From: Oligoflexales bacterium
GTDB lineage: Bacteria; Bdellovibrionota_B; Oligoflexia; Oligoflexales; RGVZ01
NCBI GenBank assembly: GCA_044236265.1
Contig: JBIIGV010000009.1
Coordinates: 1 to 44,009 of the forward strand
DNA: 44,009 nucleotides
Direction: 5' to 3'
Part shown: one piece after another, positions 10,250 through 19,871 of the stretch
Numbering within the stretch: position 1 is the stretch's first letter
How the letters are laid out: the number at the start of each line of letters is the position of its first letter
Position numbers and translations under genes: made by a program
The notes under the pieces: generated by a model
Told to the model about the DNA's origin: nothing
The model's input: the letters and a program-made list of their open reading frames with translations, nothing else
Databases searched by the model: none

Positions 10250-10276
10250 AAAGACCGCCCCCCTGGGCGGTTTTTT
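10250..10276. terminator. Intrinsic terminator, probably bidirectional
   Basis: AAAG-ACCGCCC-ccct-GGGCGGT-TTTTT between convergent genes. Confidence 0.8.
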
Positions 10277-11147
10277 ATTGGGCTGAGGTCTGTTTACGAG
10301 CGTCTGAAATGAATGTTTTGGTGACTTTGATGCGATCCTCGAGAAGGTCAATCCCCTGGTCGCCCGCTGCTTTTGCTTTTTCTAAGTCGGCCTCAGCAAG
10401 TTGAAGCGCCTGGCTCCATGCATCGATGGCCATGGCTATTTTTCCAGCTTTGAATGCCGCCATACCCAGTTCAGTAAAGGCGTGCTCGCGATCATCTGGA
10501 ATTTGGGTGGCTTTAACGAGCCATGGAATGGCACCGTCAGGATCTGTATTTGCTAGCATGCGTCCATAGGCGAATTGAACTTCCAGTGCCTCCGGGAATT
10601 GCTCAGACTTTAAATGTAGCCATGCAAGACCATCGCTCTGCGCGCCAAGTTCATTGTAAAGAAGCTCTAGCTCATTGAGAGCTGCTCGATGATTAGGATT
10701 TATGTCCACGACCTTTTCCAGAAGTTGACGAGCTTTGACGGGTGTTTTGTAATCAAGGGTGTACACCATGGCCAATTCCATCATCGCCTGAGTGTTATAA
10801 GGCTCGCGTTTAACTAAATCCTCCAAAATAGCAGTGCCTTCCGTGATCATGCCCTTATCAATGAGGCCTTGAGCTTCTGCCATGGCGGGGTCAACCGTCT
10901 GATCGTTTTGACCGTTGGCAGTATTGAGTGAGTCATGAATGTTGTCCTCACCAGGACGATCTTGATTTGTCAGTTCGGACCTTGCCTGTATTTTTGACTT
11001 AGAGTTTAGGAATACAAGCTCTTCAGACGAACCCTCTCGGTGCTCCCCAGACTCTAGCACGTGCTTGTACCAAGACCAGCCAATGGCACCTAAAGCGAGA
11101 ACCATCAGCAAGCGGCGAATTGGGCTTTTATTTTTGAGATTAGTCAA
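10275..11147 (-). CDS. TPR-repeat protein with N-terminal membrane anchor
   Basis: N-terminal hydrophobic helix and TPR-like repeats (LEKVVDINPNHRAAL, AFTELGMAAFKAGKIAMAIDAWSQAL). Confidence 0.75.
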   Translation of the reverse strand: MTNLKNKSPIRRLLMVLALGAIGWSWYKHVLESGEHREGSSEELVFLNSKSKIQARSELTNQDRPGEDNIHDSLNTANGQNDQTVDPAMAEAQGLIDKGMITEGTAILEDLVKREPYNTQAMMELAMVYTLDYKTPVKARQLLEKVVDINPNHRAALNELELLYNELGAQSDGLAWLHLKSEQFPEALEVQFAYGRMLANTDPDGAIPWLVKATQIPDDREHAFTELGMAAFKAGKIAMAIDAWSQALQLAEADLEKAKAAGDQGIDLLEDRIKVTKTFISDARKQTSAQ

Positions 11148-12036
11148 AGTATTGCCCCCATAAGGCCTTAACCTTTAGCTTCGTATTTTCAGGGATTTTT
11201 GATTTATCCGTCATCACCGCATATTTTGCAGCAAACAGGCTATCTGCGGTCGATGTGCTAGGCATCAATGCAGCAACTTTTTTGATGATATTGTTCGCTA
11301 ACGCGGAATTTGCTTTGACGACTGCGAGCACGGCTTCCACCGAAACGTCTTCTTCGGTCTCGTGCCAGCAATCATAATCAGTTGCTAACGCCAACATTCC
11401 ATAGGATAGCTCAGCCTCACGCGCTAGTTTTGCTTCCGGTATCGCCGTCATCCCGATAACAGCGGGTTCAAGAGTCTTCCGGTAGAAATGACTTTCGGCT
11501 CGCGTTGAAAATGCAGGGCCTTCCATGCACACGTAGGTGCCACCGTCATGTACGGTCGCCTTTTCCTGGGTGGCAGCTGTCAAAATTATTTTTCGCATCT
11601 CAGGACAGAATGGATCTGCAAACATCACGTGCCCCACGATGCCATCACCGAAAAAGGAATTCTCTCGGAGTCCACGAGTACGATCAAATAGTTGATCGGG
11701 CACCACCATGTTGCCCGGCTTTATGGACTCTTTCATAATACCAACGGCGCTAACTGCAAGGACGTGAGTCACTCCCATTTGCTTCAGGGCATGAATATTC
11801 GCTCGATAGTTGACCTCAGTCGGGGTGTAGCGATGACCGCGTCCGTGACGCGGAAGAAAGAAGACTCGGCGGCCTCCAATATTGGCCTCAAGGATGGCGT
11901 CGGATGGTTCACCAAAGGGTGTGCTGACAAGGTGCTCCTTCGTGTATTCAACGCCGTCCATTTTATAGACGCCGCTGCCACCAATAACCCCGAGAACAAC
12001 GGACTTGGCTTGGTTTTGCGAGGGCTTGTTTACCAT
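11140..12036 (-). CDS. mtnP: S-methyl-5'-thioadenosine phosphorylase
   Basis: GVIGGSG, TPFGEPS, FLPRHGRGH, NYRANI.ALK, EGPAFSTRAES, GMTAIPEAKLAREAE and TDYDCWH. Confidence 0.95.
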   Translation of the reverse strand: MVNKPSQNQAKSVVLGVIGGSGVYKMDGVEYTKEHLVSTPFGEPSDAILEANIGGRRVFFLPRHGRGHRYTPTEVNYRANIHALKQMGVTHVLAVSAVGIMKESIKPGNMVVPDQLFDRTRGLRENSFFGDGIVGHVMFADPFCPEMRKIILTAATQEKATVHDGGTYVCMEGPAFSTRAESHFYRKTLEPAVIGMTAIPEAKLAREAELSYGMLALATDYDCWHETEEDVSVEAVLAVVKANSALANNIIKKVAALMPSTSTADSLFAAKYAVMTDKSKIPENTKLKVKALWGQYFD

Positions 12037-12209
12037 AGGTGCACTCCTGTTTTTTGAGCAGATTAGGCCATAATCGGCGTCTTATCACGGACTACAAGGA
12101 CTGTGTAGCAGAGAAGTTCGTCAGCAGAAAACTTGCGGCGAACGGCGAGGTGGGCTAAAATAATATTTAATTAACTATATGAAATTATTGATTTTATGGA
12201 GATCCTTGC

Positions 12210-13073
12210 ATGGGTATAAGATCACGGAAGATCTGGCTTCAGCCGACTTTAGGAGTGACCTTACTTGGCATTTTGCTCTTTGGAAATATGGCCAAGGGAC
12301 AAGAGGCTACCGAATCCGAGTCCGGAGATGAGGTTGCTCCTCCCAAGCGAAAGCCTAAAAAGGCTGGTAAAAAAACCAAAGCAAAACCAGCATCGTCGGA
12401 AAATTCCGCAGGTGAATCATCGCAGTCGGCAGATGCTGAACCACCTCCGTCTGCAGCAGCCAAGTCAAAAACAAAAACGGCTGCGGGAAATTTTAAAAAG
12501 ATGGGCGTCGGATTGAACGCTGGTTTTGCCTATATTGGCGGGGGCGGTGGCCTTGACGCTTGGTTTTCGCCAACGAAAAGTTTGGACTTGAGTGCGCGAA
12601 TTCTCGGGGGCAGTGCCACGATGAAAGCAAGCGGGGATGCTTCACTCCTTGAGACTGCTGAAGTGACCATGGTTCAGGTCGGTGCTAATGCGCGTTATTT
12701 TCTCGGAAAAAGCCTCTATTTGTTAGGCGGCTTAGGCTACAACACATTTTCTGGTAGTTACGGAGTTACGATTAACACGACAAAGGAGGAGTATCTTCTA
12801 CCTATGAAGGCGAGTGCTCTATCGCTTAACGTTGCTTTCGGTAATCTCTGGAAATGGGATAGTGGCTTCGCTCTGGGTTTTGAGTGGGTTGGCTACTCAA
12901 GCTTCATGGGGATGGATGTTAAGTTGGATGATCCACAAACTGCAGAAGAACAACTTGTTTTTGATGCGTTTCGTGTCGCTAAAGGCGGCGGTGATCCAGA
13001 AAAAAAGGCGAAAGAGCTGTTGGCCAGGAACAATATTTATGCCTTGATGATGACCGTTGGCTACGGATTTTAA
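12210..13073 (+). CDS. Exported outer-membrane beta-barrel protein with low-complexity N-terminal linker
   Basis: Signal peptide, K/E/S/A-rich spacer, alternating amphipathic strands and C-terminal TVGYGF BAM-type signal. Confidence 0.7.
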   Translation: MGIRSRKIWLQPTLGVTLLGILLFGNMAKGQEATESESGDEVAPPKRKPKKAGKKTKAKPASSENSAGESSQSADAEPPPSAAAKSKTKTAAGNFKKMGVGLNAGFAYIGGGGGLDAWFSPTKSLDLSARILGGSATMKASGDASLLETAEVTMVQVGANARYFLGKSLYLLGGLGYNTFSGSYGVTINTTKEEYLLPMKASALSLNVAFGNLWKWDSGFALGFEWVGYSSFMGMDVKLDDPQTAEEQLVFDAFRVAKGGGDPEKKAKELLARNNIYALMMTVGYGF

Positions 13074-13092
13074 ATCGCTTGAATTGAAAAAT

Positions 13093-13123
13093 AAAAGCCC
13101 CTCGGGATTTCGAGGGGCTTTTT
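13093..13123. terminator. Bidirectional intrinsic terminator
   Basis: AAAA-GCCCCTCG-ggattt-CGAGGGGC-TTTTT between convergent genes. Confidence 0.9.
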
Positions 13124-13127
13124 CTTA

Positions 13128-15566
13128 TTAGCGTCGTCCGAACTTCGACAGTAAATCGTCGAGACTATGGTTTTTCTCAGGCTGTTTGGGCATCGGCTTG
13201 GCGGCAGTCCGAGTCGCAGCCGCTTGCGCCGCTTGTGCCGGACGCGGTGTAGTGGCAGACGATGAGGCGGACCGGCTTTGGGACTTTGCCGAAAGACTGA
13301 TTCGACGTTTGACCTTGTCTGCATCAAGGACTCTTACCGTTAAAACATCTCCAACCGCCACAACGCTGGCCGGGTCCGTGACAAATTGATCGGATAGTTC
13401 AGAGATATGGATCAGTCCATCCTGATGGACCCCAATATCCACAAAAGCTCCGAAGTTTGTCACGTTTGTGACGGTTCCCTGAAGAACCATCCCCGGGCGA
13501 AGATCCTCAATCTCTGACACATCATCAGAGTAAGTGAGGCGAATGCCGTCTTCTCGCGGGTCACGGCCGGGCTTGATTAGCTCTGATGCAATGTCGCGCA
13601 AAGTTGGTAATCCAACGGTGTCGTTTACATACTTTTCAAGGGCGATAGCGTCCACTGCAGCGCGTTTACCGATAAGGTCTGAAATATTGGAACCAAGATC
13701 TTTGGCAATCTGCTCCACAATCGTGTAGCGCTCCGGATGAACGGCCGAATTATCGAGTGGGTTCACCGATTCAGGAACTCTCAGAAAGCCTGCGGCTTGC
13801 TCAAAAGCTTTTGGCCCAAAACCAGGTACCTTCATGACATCAGTTCGTGCCTTAAACTTTCCAGCTTTATCCCTGTGTGTCACGATTGATTTTGCTAACG
13901 ACGGCCCAATTCCCGAGACATAGCCTAAAAGCTTGTAAGACGCGGTGTTCAGGTTTACCCCGACTTTGTTTACGCAGGACTCGACCACTTCTTCCAGTGA
14001 AAGTTTCAGCTTTGTCACGTTCACATCGTGTTGGTACTGACCAACACCAATTGACCGCGGATCAATTTTCACAAGTTCAGCAAGTGGGTCTTGCAGCCTT
14101 CTCGCGATAGAAATCGCAGATCTGATGGTGGCATCAAGATCCGGAAACTCTTCACGGGCAATTTCATCTGCGGAATACACAGACGCGCCTGACTCGTTCA
14201 CGATAAGTCGCTTAACGTCCGCATAGTTGCCTTCTTTCAACACCTCGCGGATGATGCGATCTATCTCCCGTGACGCCGTACCGTTGCCAATCGCGATGTA
14301 CTGGACTTTGTGAGTCCTGATTGTGTTCGCAAGTATGTCTTTCGTTTGCTTAGTTTTAGGGGTGTCCAGTGTTTTGTCTGGTCGAAAATCGGGATAAACG
14401 GTCGTGTGAAATAAGACGGCGCCAGTTTCGCTGATCACCGAAATTTTCGAACCAGTTCTGATGCCCGGATCGACGCCCATCACAATCTTTTGCGGGATTG
14501 GTGGCAACAACAATAGGTTTTCAAGATTTTTTGTAAAGACTTTTATCGAGTCGGCTTCTGCGCGATTTTTCAAATCGAGTCGAAGCTCAGTTTCAATCGA
14601 AGGCGCCATCAATCGGCGATAGCAATCCTCAGTGACCTGAGCGAGCCATGAGCGAACCGGTGCTGACGTGGGGGCGTTTCCTACGACGGCTTTGGTCAGG
14701 TCCTCCACAATCTTTGTGGCGTCAACTTCGATGGCAACGCGAAGAATCTTTTCAGCCTCTCCGCGCCGGATCGCCATCGTGCGGTGACTTGGAATAGTCT
14801 TGATGGACTCGCGGAAGTCAAAATAGTTTTCGTACTTGTGTGCTTCGCCTTTCTTGCCTTTGCCAGCCAATTTGCTGTCAAGGACTTCCTCCTCTGATTT
14901 GGCTGCGCTTGCTGCTTCAGAGCCGTCAATTTTCTTCGCAACAAAAACCCCGGTATCGGCTGATGTGTTGCGCACCATAGCCCGAAGCTCTGCTGTTTCG
15001 CTCACTCGCTCTGCTAAAATGTCGGCTGCTCCTTGCAGGGCAGCGTCAGCTGAAATCACCTTCAGGGCGGCGTCAATTGTCGAGTCGGCTGGGGTTATAT
15101 AGGTTTTTGCAAGTGCGGCCAGATCAGTTAACGATGCGCGTTGAGTCAGGATCGCCTCGAGTAACGGCTCTAAACCTTTTTCTTTTGCAATTTGTGCTTT
15201 GGTACGGCGTTTTGGTTTGAATGGCAGGTACAAATCTTCAAGCTCCTGCTTCGTTTTGCAGGCGATGAATTTCTTTTTGAGCTCCGGGAATTTTCCATTG
15301 TAGGAAGGAGTTTTCTGACAGAATTCCTCGACAACTTTCAGGTATTTTTCCTTATTCGTTTCAAGTTCCAGCAGGTAGTTGTAGCGATCGCGCAGATCTC
15401 GAATCTGCACCTCATCCATGGAACCGGTCATTTCCTTGCGGTAACGAGCAATGAAAGGAATCGTACATTCTTCTTCAACGAGGAGTTTGATCGTATTGTT
15501 GACTTGATGAGCCTGAAGCTTCAGTTCAGTGGCCAGTTGCTTCAAAATGTCGATCATGTTTTCCAT
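13128..15566 (-). CDS. tex: Tex/YhgF RNA-binding transcriptional accessory protein
   Basis: TIPFIARYRKEMTG, ELEDLYLPFKPKRRTKA, GVDPGIRTG, RRLQDPLAELVKIDP.SIGVGQYQHDV and S1 domain NVTNFGAFVDIGVHQDGL. Confidence 0.96.
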   Translation of the reverse strand: MENMIDILKQLATELKLQAHQVNNTIKLLVEEECTIPFIARYRKEMTGSMDEVQIRDLRDRYNYLLELETNKEKYLKVVEEFCQKTPSYNGKFPELKKKFIACKTKQELEDLYLPFKPKRRTKAQIAKEKGLEPLLEAILTQRASLTDLAALAKTYITPADSTIDAALKVISADAALQGAADILAERVSETAELRAMVRNTSADTGVFVAKKIDGSEAASAAKSEEEVLDSKLAGKGKKGEAHKYENYFDFRESIKTIPSHRTMAIRRGEAEKILRVAIEVDATKIVEDLTKAVVGNAPTSAPVRSWLAQVTEDCYRRLMAPSIETELRLDLKNRAEADSIKVFTKNLENLLLLPPIPQKIVMGVDPGIRTGSKISVISETGAVLFHTTVYPDFRPDKTLDTPKTKQTKDILANTIRTHKVQYIAIGNGTASREIDRIIREVLKEGNYADVKRLIVNESGASVYSADEIAREEFPDLDATIRSAISIARRLQDPLAELVKIDPRSIGVGQYQHDVNVTKLKLSLEEVVESCVNKVGVNLNTASYKLLGYVSGIGPSLAKSIVTHRDKAGKFKARTDVMKVPGFGPKAFEQAAGFLRVPESVNPLDNSAVHPERYTIVEQIAKDLGSNISDLIGKRAAVDAIALEKYVNDTVGLPTLRDIASELIKPGRDPREDGIRLTYSDDVSEIEDLRPGMVLQGTVTNVTNFGAFVDIGVHQDGLIHISELSDQFVTDPASVVAVGDVLTVRVLDADKVKRRISLSAKSQSRSASSSATTPRPAQAAQAAATRTAAKPMPKQPEKNHSLDDLLSKFGRR

Positions 15567-15621
15567 TGTTTGTCCTTTTGGTCAGATCCTTGGATTATTT
15601 CGGTTTAACCGCAGCCATCCA

Positions 15622-15644
15622 GGACGGACCGTCATGGTCCGTCC
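15622..15644. repeat. GC-rich inverted repeat (hairpin) between ndk and tex
   Basis: GGACGGACC-gtcat-GGTCCGTCC, a perfect 9-bp stem with no U-tract. Confidence 0.7.
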
Positions 15645-15671
15645 GCGGTGCTGTCTAAATACTAAAGATTG

Positions 15672-16103
15672 TTATTGACGATTTTTACCGTAAACACTGA
15701 TGCCTCGGAAGAAGTAGCCAATCTCTCTGGCTGCACTTTCAGGACTATCAGATCCGTGTACGCTATTTTCTCCAACGGATTTTGCAAACAGCTTGCGGAT
15801 GGTGCCTGGTTCCGCGTTGGCTGGGTTTGTAGCACCCATGATTTTGCGATTTTTGGCGACAGCGTCTGCGCCCTCTAAAACCATTAGAACGACCGGGCTA
15901 CGAGTCATGAAATCGCACAGTTCACCGAAAAAGGGGCGAGCCTTGTGCTCAGCATAGAAACCCTCAGCTTCATGGCGTGCGAGGTGTCGCATTTCCATGG
16001 CGACAATTTTCAATCCTTCTTCTTCGAAGCGACCGACAATTTTTCCGATGAGATTGCGCTCAACAGCATCTGGTTTGATGATGGAGAATGTTTGCTGTGT
16101 CAT
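15672..16103 (-). CDS. ndk: Nucleoside diphosphate kinase
   Basis: [24 protein letters not shown] and catalytic NSVHGSDS. Confidence 0.97.
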   Translation of the reverse strand: MTQQTFSIIKPDAVERNLIGKIVGRFEEEGLKIVAMEMRHLARHEAEGFYAEHKARPFFGELCDFMTRSPVVLMVLEGADAVAKNRKIMGATNPANAEPGTIRKLFAKSVGENSVHGSDSPESAAREIGYFFRGISVYGKNRQ

Positions 16104-16255
16104 GTTTCAAAACTCCCAAGAATTTTATGACGAAGAATGTTACAGTAATACCGAGCCGTAAAGACTACCTGTCTGAACATAAAAAGCAACCAAGACAGGG
16201 GTTTGGCGTGCAGATGTGCAGCAAAAAGTCCGTTTTTTAAGCGAGCGGCTGAATC

Positions 16256-17584
16256 TTGCCAGAAAGCTGCTCTTTTGCTAGGCAGAAACCCCATATTGCG
16301 GTGGTTCTATTGAGTGTTTTTCTTGCAAAACCCCAGCGTTTTTTGGTTCGTCCGGCACCAGGTTGGCTGGATGTAGCCGGGAAAGAGGTGCGGGAGATTA
16401 TCAGGTCTCCCGTCCAAAAATATAAGTTTGCCCCAATAGTTACAGACGAAGACGGTCTCATCGTGGTTTCGGATTGCGACTATCGCCAGGCTCTAGAGAT
16501 CGTTTGTAGGGTCACCACTGTTCATGATGTCGAATGGGTCATACATAGTGGTCGTATTACGGCACGCAGTGAGTGGGCGTCTTTTTTTGAAAAGTCAGGG
16601 GTCGGGCAGCTGTGGTCTGATGTTGCTCAGCAGCAAGTTAAACTAGCTGCCTCTGTCTCTCATCCTATTGTCGGTACCGAAAAAGAAATCAAAGAACTGG
16701 CACAAGCCACATGGCCGCAGTTTAAAGCTAACGAGCACGATGACAGTGAAGAGTTAGAGATCCAAAGCTTGCAGCGCATTAGAATTGAGGCCTCTAAAAA
16801 TCGGCATCGGATTCTGGTGAGTATGGGCGGTGAGCCGCTGTTCAAGCGGGGTTACAAAATTACAGGGTTATCCGCAGTGGCGCCGCTTCCGGAACATCAC
16901 GCCTCGGCATGCTTTCTATGGGCCACGTCCGTACTTCAAGGCTGGTCTTTAAATGATTTGAGGGATCTGGGTTGCGCATTTGTGACTCCGTTTGCGGGCA
17001 CAGGTACGACCTGTTTTGAAAGCTTGGCGAGGCTGTTCGATGTGGCCCCCGCGCTGACTAGGCAGCAGTTTGCTTGCGAAAACTTTGCGTTCCATCCTGC
17101 GGCGACCATGGCGACGATTAGACAACGATTGCGTAGGCACGTCCAGAGTCCAAAGGGTCAATGTTGCGCTGTCTTGGGAGATATCAATGATGAGGTGGTG
17201 ACCTCACTTAATCAGCAAAGCGAGAGTTTTCTTCGTGCGTGCGGTGTTTCAATTTCATCTTCAATCATGACTAATGATTTTTTGGAGCGTCCGCTGGAGC
17301 TAACAAAGGCTCTAGATGATGTGCCGCGACTATTTTTCCCGTTGAACCCTCCATTTGGCCAGAGGTTAGCGAAGTCCACTGGGAGCGACGCTATTTACCG
17401 TAAGCTTGGTCGGGCTTTGGAGCTTTGTGCGACAAAATATCATTTTGCCGGGTATGTTTTGTGTCCAGACGAATCCTCCTGGAGACATCTTCTCGCCTCT
17501 GCGGTCAGTTTAAATGCTGAGACCCATCATTTTACACATGGCGGTACAGACATGCGGGTTGTTGCGTTTTCAAGCCGAAATTGA
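16256..17584 (+). CDS. Divergent RlmL/THUMP-type class I RNA methyltransferase; start uncertain
   Basis: GEPLFKRGY, APLPEHHASA, TPFAGTGT (cf. DPxCGSGT) and NPPFGQRL (cf. NPPYGERL). Confidence 0.7.
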   Translation: MPESCSFARQKPHIAVVLLSVFLAKPQRFLVRPAPGWLDVAGKEVREIIRSPVQKYKFAPIVTDEDGLIVVSDCDYRQALEIVCRVTTVHDVEWVIHSGRITARSEWASFFEKSGVGQLWSDVAQQQVKLAASVSHPIVGTEKEIKELAQATWPQFKANEHDDSEELEIQSLQRIRIEASKNRHRILVSMGGEPLFKRGYKITGLSAVAPLPEHHASACFLWATSVLQGWSLNDLRDLGCAFVTPFAGTGTTCFESLARLFDVAPALTRQQFACENFAFHPAATMATIRQRLRRHVQSPKGQCCAVLGDINDEVVTSLNQQSESFLRACGVSISSSIMTNDFLERPLELTKALDDVPRLFFPLNPPFGQRLAKSTGSDAIYRKLGRALELCATKYHFAGYVLCPDESSWRHLLASAVSLNAETHHFTHGGTDMRVVAFSSRN

Positions 17585-17587
17585 GGC

Positions 17588-18238
17588 CTACAGAGGTTTC
17601 TTCAGTGATTCATCGTCGTAGCGGAATTCTTCTGCAATTGAGGAGCTTGGATCAAAACGGTACAGATCCCTTAGTAAACCGTCTTGCAGACCAAAGACCC
17701 AGCCGTGGAGGGTAGGACGCTGCTCCATCTTCCAAGCTTTCTGCAGAACGCGGGTTTTCATGATGTTGTGCAGTTGCTCTAAGACACTTAGCTCAACTAG
17801 TTTATTAACCCGACCTTCCTCATCGCCCGCGGCATCAATTTCTCCGCGGTGCATGTGATAGACGTCTTTGATATTACGCAGCCACTGATCCATGATGCCA
17901 AAATGTTGCTGGGTCATCGCAGCTCGGACGCCGCCACAGCCGTAGTGGCCGCATACGATGACATCTTTCACCTTGAGAACCTCGATTGCATAGAAAAGTA
18001 CACTTTGTACATTGAGATCGGTGTGCACAACGAGATTTGCAATATTGCGGTGGACAAAAATTTCACCCGGTGTTGTGCCGGTGACTTCTTCAGCTGGGAC
18101 GCGAGAATCCGAGCAGCCGACCCATAGGAATTGAGGTTGCTGACCTTTGGAGAGGTTTTCGAAGTAGTCTTCTTGCAAAGAAAGCTTTTCTTTGACCCAG
18201 GCTTTATTCGCCAACAAAAGGCTCTTGTAATTTTCCAT
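17588..18238 (-). CDS. can: Beta-class carbonic anhydrase
   Basis: GCSDSRVP, FVHRNIAN and CGHYGCGG zinc ligands. Confidence 0.95.
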   Translation of the reverse strand: MENYKSLLLANKAWVKEKLSLQEDYFENLSKGQQPQFLWVGCSDSRVPAEEVTGTTPGEIFVHRNIANLVVHTDLNVQSVLFYAIEVLKVKDVIVCGHYGCGGVRAAMTQQHFGIMDQWLRNIKDVYHMHRGEIDAAGDEEGRVNKLVELSVLEQLHNIMKTRVLQKAWKMEQRPTLHGWVFGLQDGLLRDLYRFDPSSSIAEEFRYDDESLKKPL

Positions 18239-19805
18239 CCCTGACTCCTCGTAGCGACATACGTCTTGAACGCAGATTTTTTAAACTAACAGTAATTCTT
18301 CTTGCAGCGGCACCATCACGGAAGTCCCGCAGTGTGTCAATAATATCGTAATCGATAAATTGCGCTCCGATTCCGTCAATGGTGACATCAGATCCTTGGG
18401 GTATGGCGCGCAAAGTTTTTTTCAGGGATGACTTGTGTGCAAATGTTACGTCTTTTGCAAATCGTACTAGAATATATCGCCCATCGTTGACCACCGTGAT
18501 GGCTGAGTGGTGGTTCATGCGAATGACGATGGCAAGACCAACCATGAGGCCGATGCTTACTCCAGTCAATAGATCCGTGAAGGCAATTGCAAGGACAGTA
18601 ACGATAAACGGTAGAAACTGCTCTGTTCCCTCGCGGTATTCGATTTTCCAAAACTGAGGTCTAACAAGCTGACTGGCGACAATAATGATCAAAGCAGAAA
18701 GAGCCGCGATAGGGATGTGATTCATGGCTGAGAATACGGCCACGGTTGCGACGAGAAGTAAGACTCCGTGCAGAAAGTTTGATAGTCGCGAGCGGGCGCC
18801 GCCGTAGATATTGGCTGTGGTTCTTAATATACCGGCGGCGATCGGAAGGCCGCCAATTAGCCCGCACAGGATATTGCCAACCCCCTGGGCCATCAGCTCT
18901 CGATTTGCATTCGCCGGAATTTGCTTTGGGTCGTATCGCTCGGCGGATTCGACCGTAAGTAGGGTTTCGACGCTTCCAAATAAGGATATAAAAAACGCAA
19001 TGCGCCATGTAGCCGGATCTGCTAGAGCAGGCCAGTTTGGTGATGTGGCCAGAGATTTTAGAGGTATCGATGATACATCGGGCATTTTAATAAAGTGTCC
19101 TACGGCAAACTTTGTATCCAACTCCGGTGCCGCCCATCCAAATAATTCATGGAAAAATGTGCCCGCCACAACTGCGGCCAGCGCTGCGGGAATTTTACCC
19201 CAAAAACCCTGACGTGGAGCGATGCGGTTGTGCCAAACGAAAAAGACAACCATGCAGACAGCAGAAATGGCAACAGCCAATGGATTGTAATCCATGATGG
19301 CATGGTAGATTTCGGTGAAGGTGTTTTCCCCCGAGATGAGTGAGTCTGACCCAAAGGATTCATCACCCAAAAAGTTTGCATCCCAACCCAGTGCGTGCGG
19401 AAACTGCTTGAGGATCATAATCAAACCAACCGCAGCAAGGGTCCCCCGTATGACGCTGTGGGGGACGAAACTGCCAAGGTAGCCAAGCCGAAACATTCCG
19501 AAGAGCATCTGGAAAACGCCAGCCAAGACAATGGCCGTTAAAACTGAATCAAAAGAGCCCAGTGTTTGCGTGGCGGCCATAACAAGGGCGGCCAAGCCCA
19601 CCGTTGGGCCAGAGACTGTCATGCGAGCACCGGAGAGCCAGGAAACAATCAGCCCTGAAATGATGGAGGAGACAAGACCAGCAGTTAAAGGTGCGTTTGA
19701 CACACTTGCAACACCCAAACTTAAGGGCAAAGCAACGAGAAAGACGATTGTGGCCGAGGCAAGATCGGCTGTGATGTCGGCGCGGCGGTCCTGAGTAGAG
19801 GTCAA
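18204..19805 (-). CDS. SulP/SLC26-family anion (probably bicarbonate) transporter
   Basis: VFLVALPLSLG, VSGPTVGL, NRELMAQGVGN and a short C-terminal STAS-like region. Overlaps the carbonic anhydrase gene. Confidence 0.9.
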   Translation of the reverse strand: MTSTQDRRADITADLASATIVFLVALPLSLGVASVSNAPLTAGLVSSIISGLIVSWLSGARMTVSGPTVGLAALVMAATQTLGSFDSVLTAIVLAGVFQMLFGMFRLGYLGSFVPHSVIRGTLAAVGLIMILKQFPHALGWDANFLGDESFGSDSLISGENTFTEIYHAIMDYNPLAVAISAVCMVVFFVWHNRIAPRQGFWGKIPAALAAVVAGTFFHELFGWAAPELDTKFAVGHFIKMPDVSSIPLKSLATSPNWPALADPATWRIAFFISLFGSVETLLTVESAERYDPKQIPANANRELMAQGVGNILCGLIGGLPIAAGILRTTANIYGGARSRLSNFLHGVLLLVATVAVFSAMNHIPIAALSALIIIVASQLVRPQFWKIEYREGTEQFLPFIVTVLAIAFTDLLTGVSIGLMVGLAIVIRMNHHSAITVVNDGRYILVRFAKDVTFAHKSSLKKTLRAIPQGSDVTIDGIGAQFIDYDIIDTLRDFRDGAAARRITVSLKNLRSRRMSLRGVRDGKLQEPFVGE

Positions 19806-19871
19806 GGCGTATAGGTCCTCGGGGAGTTAAAGGAAGGGGGAAACTGTACTCTCCTTAATCCAATAAAATCA

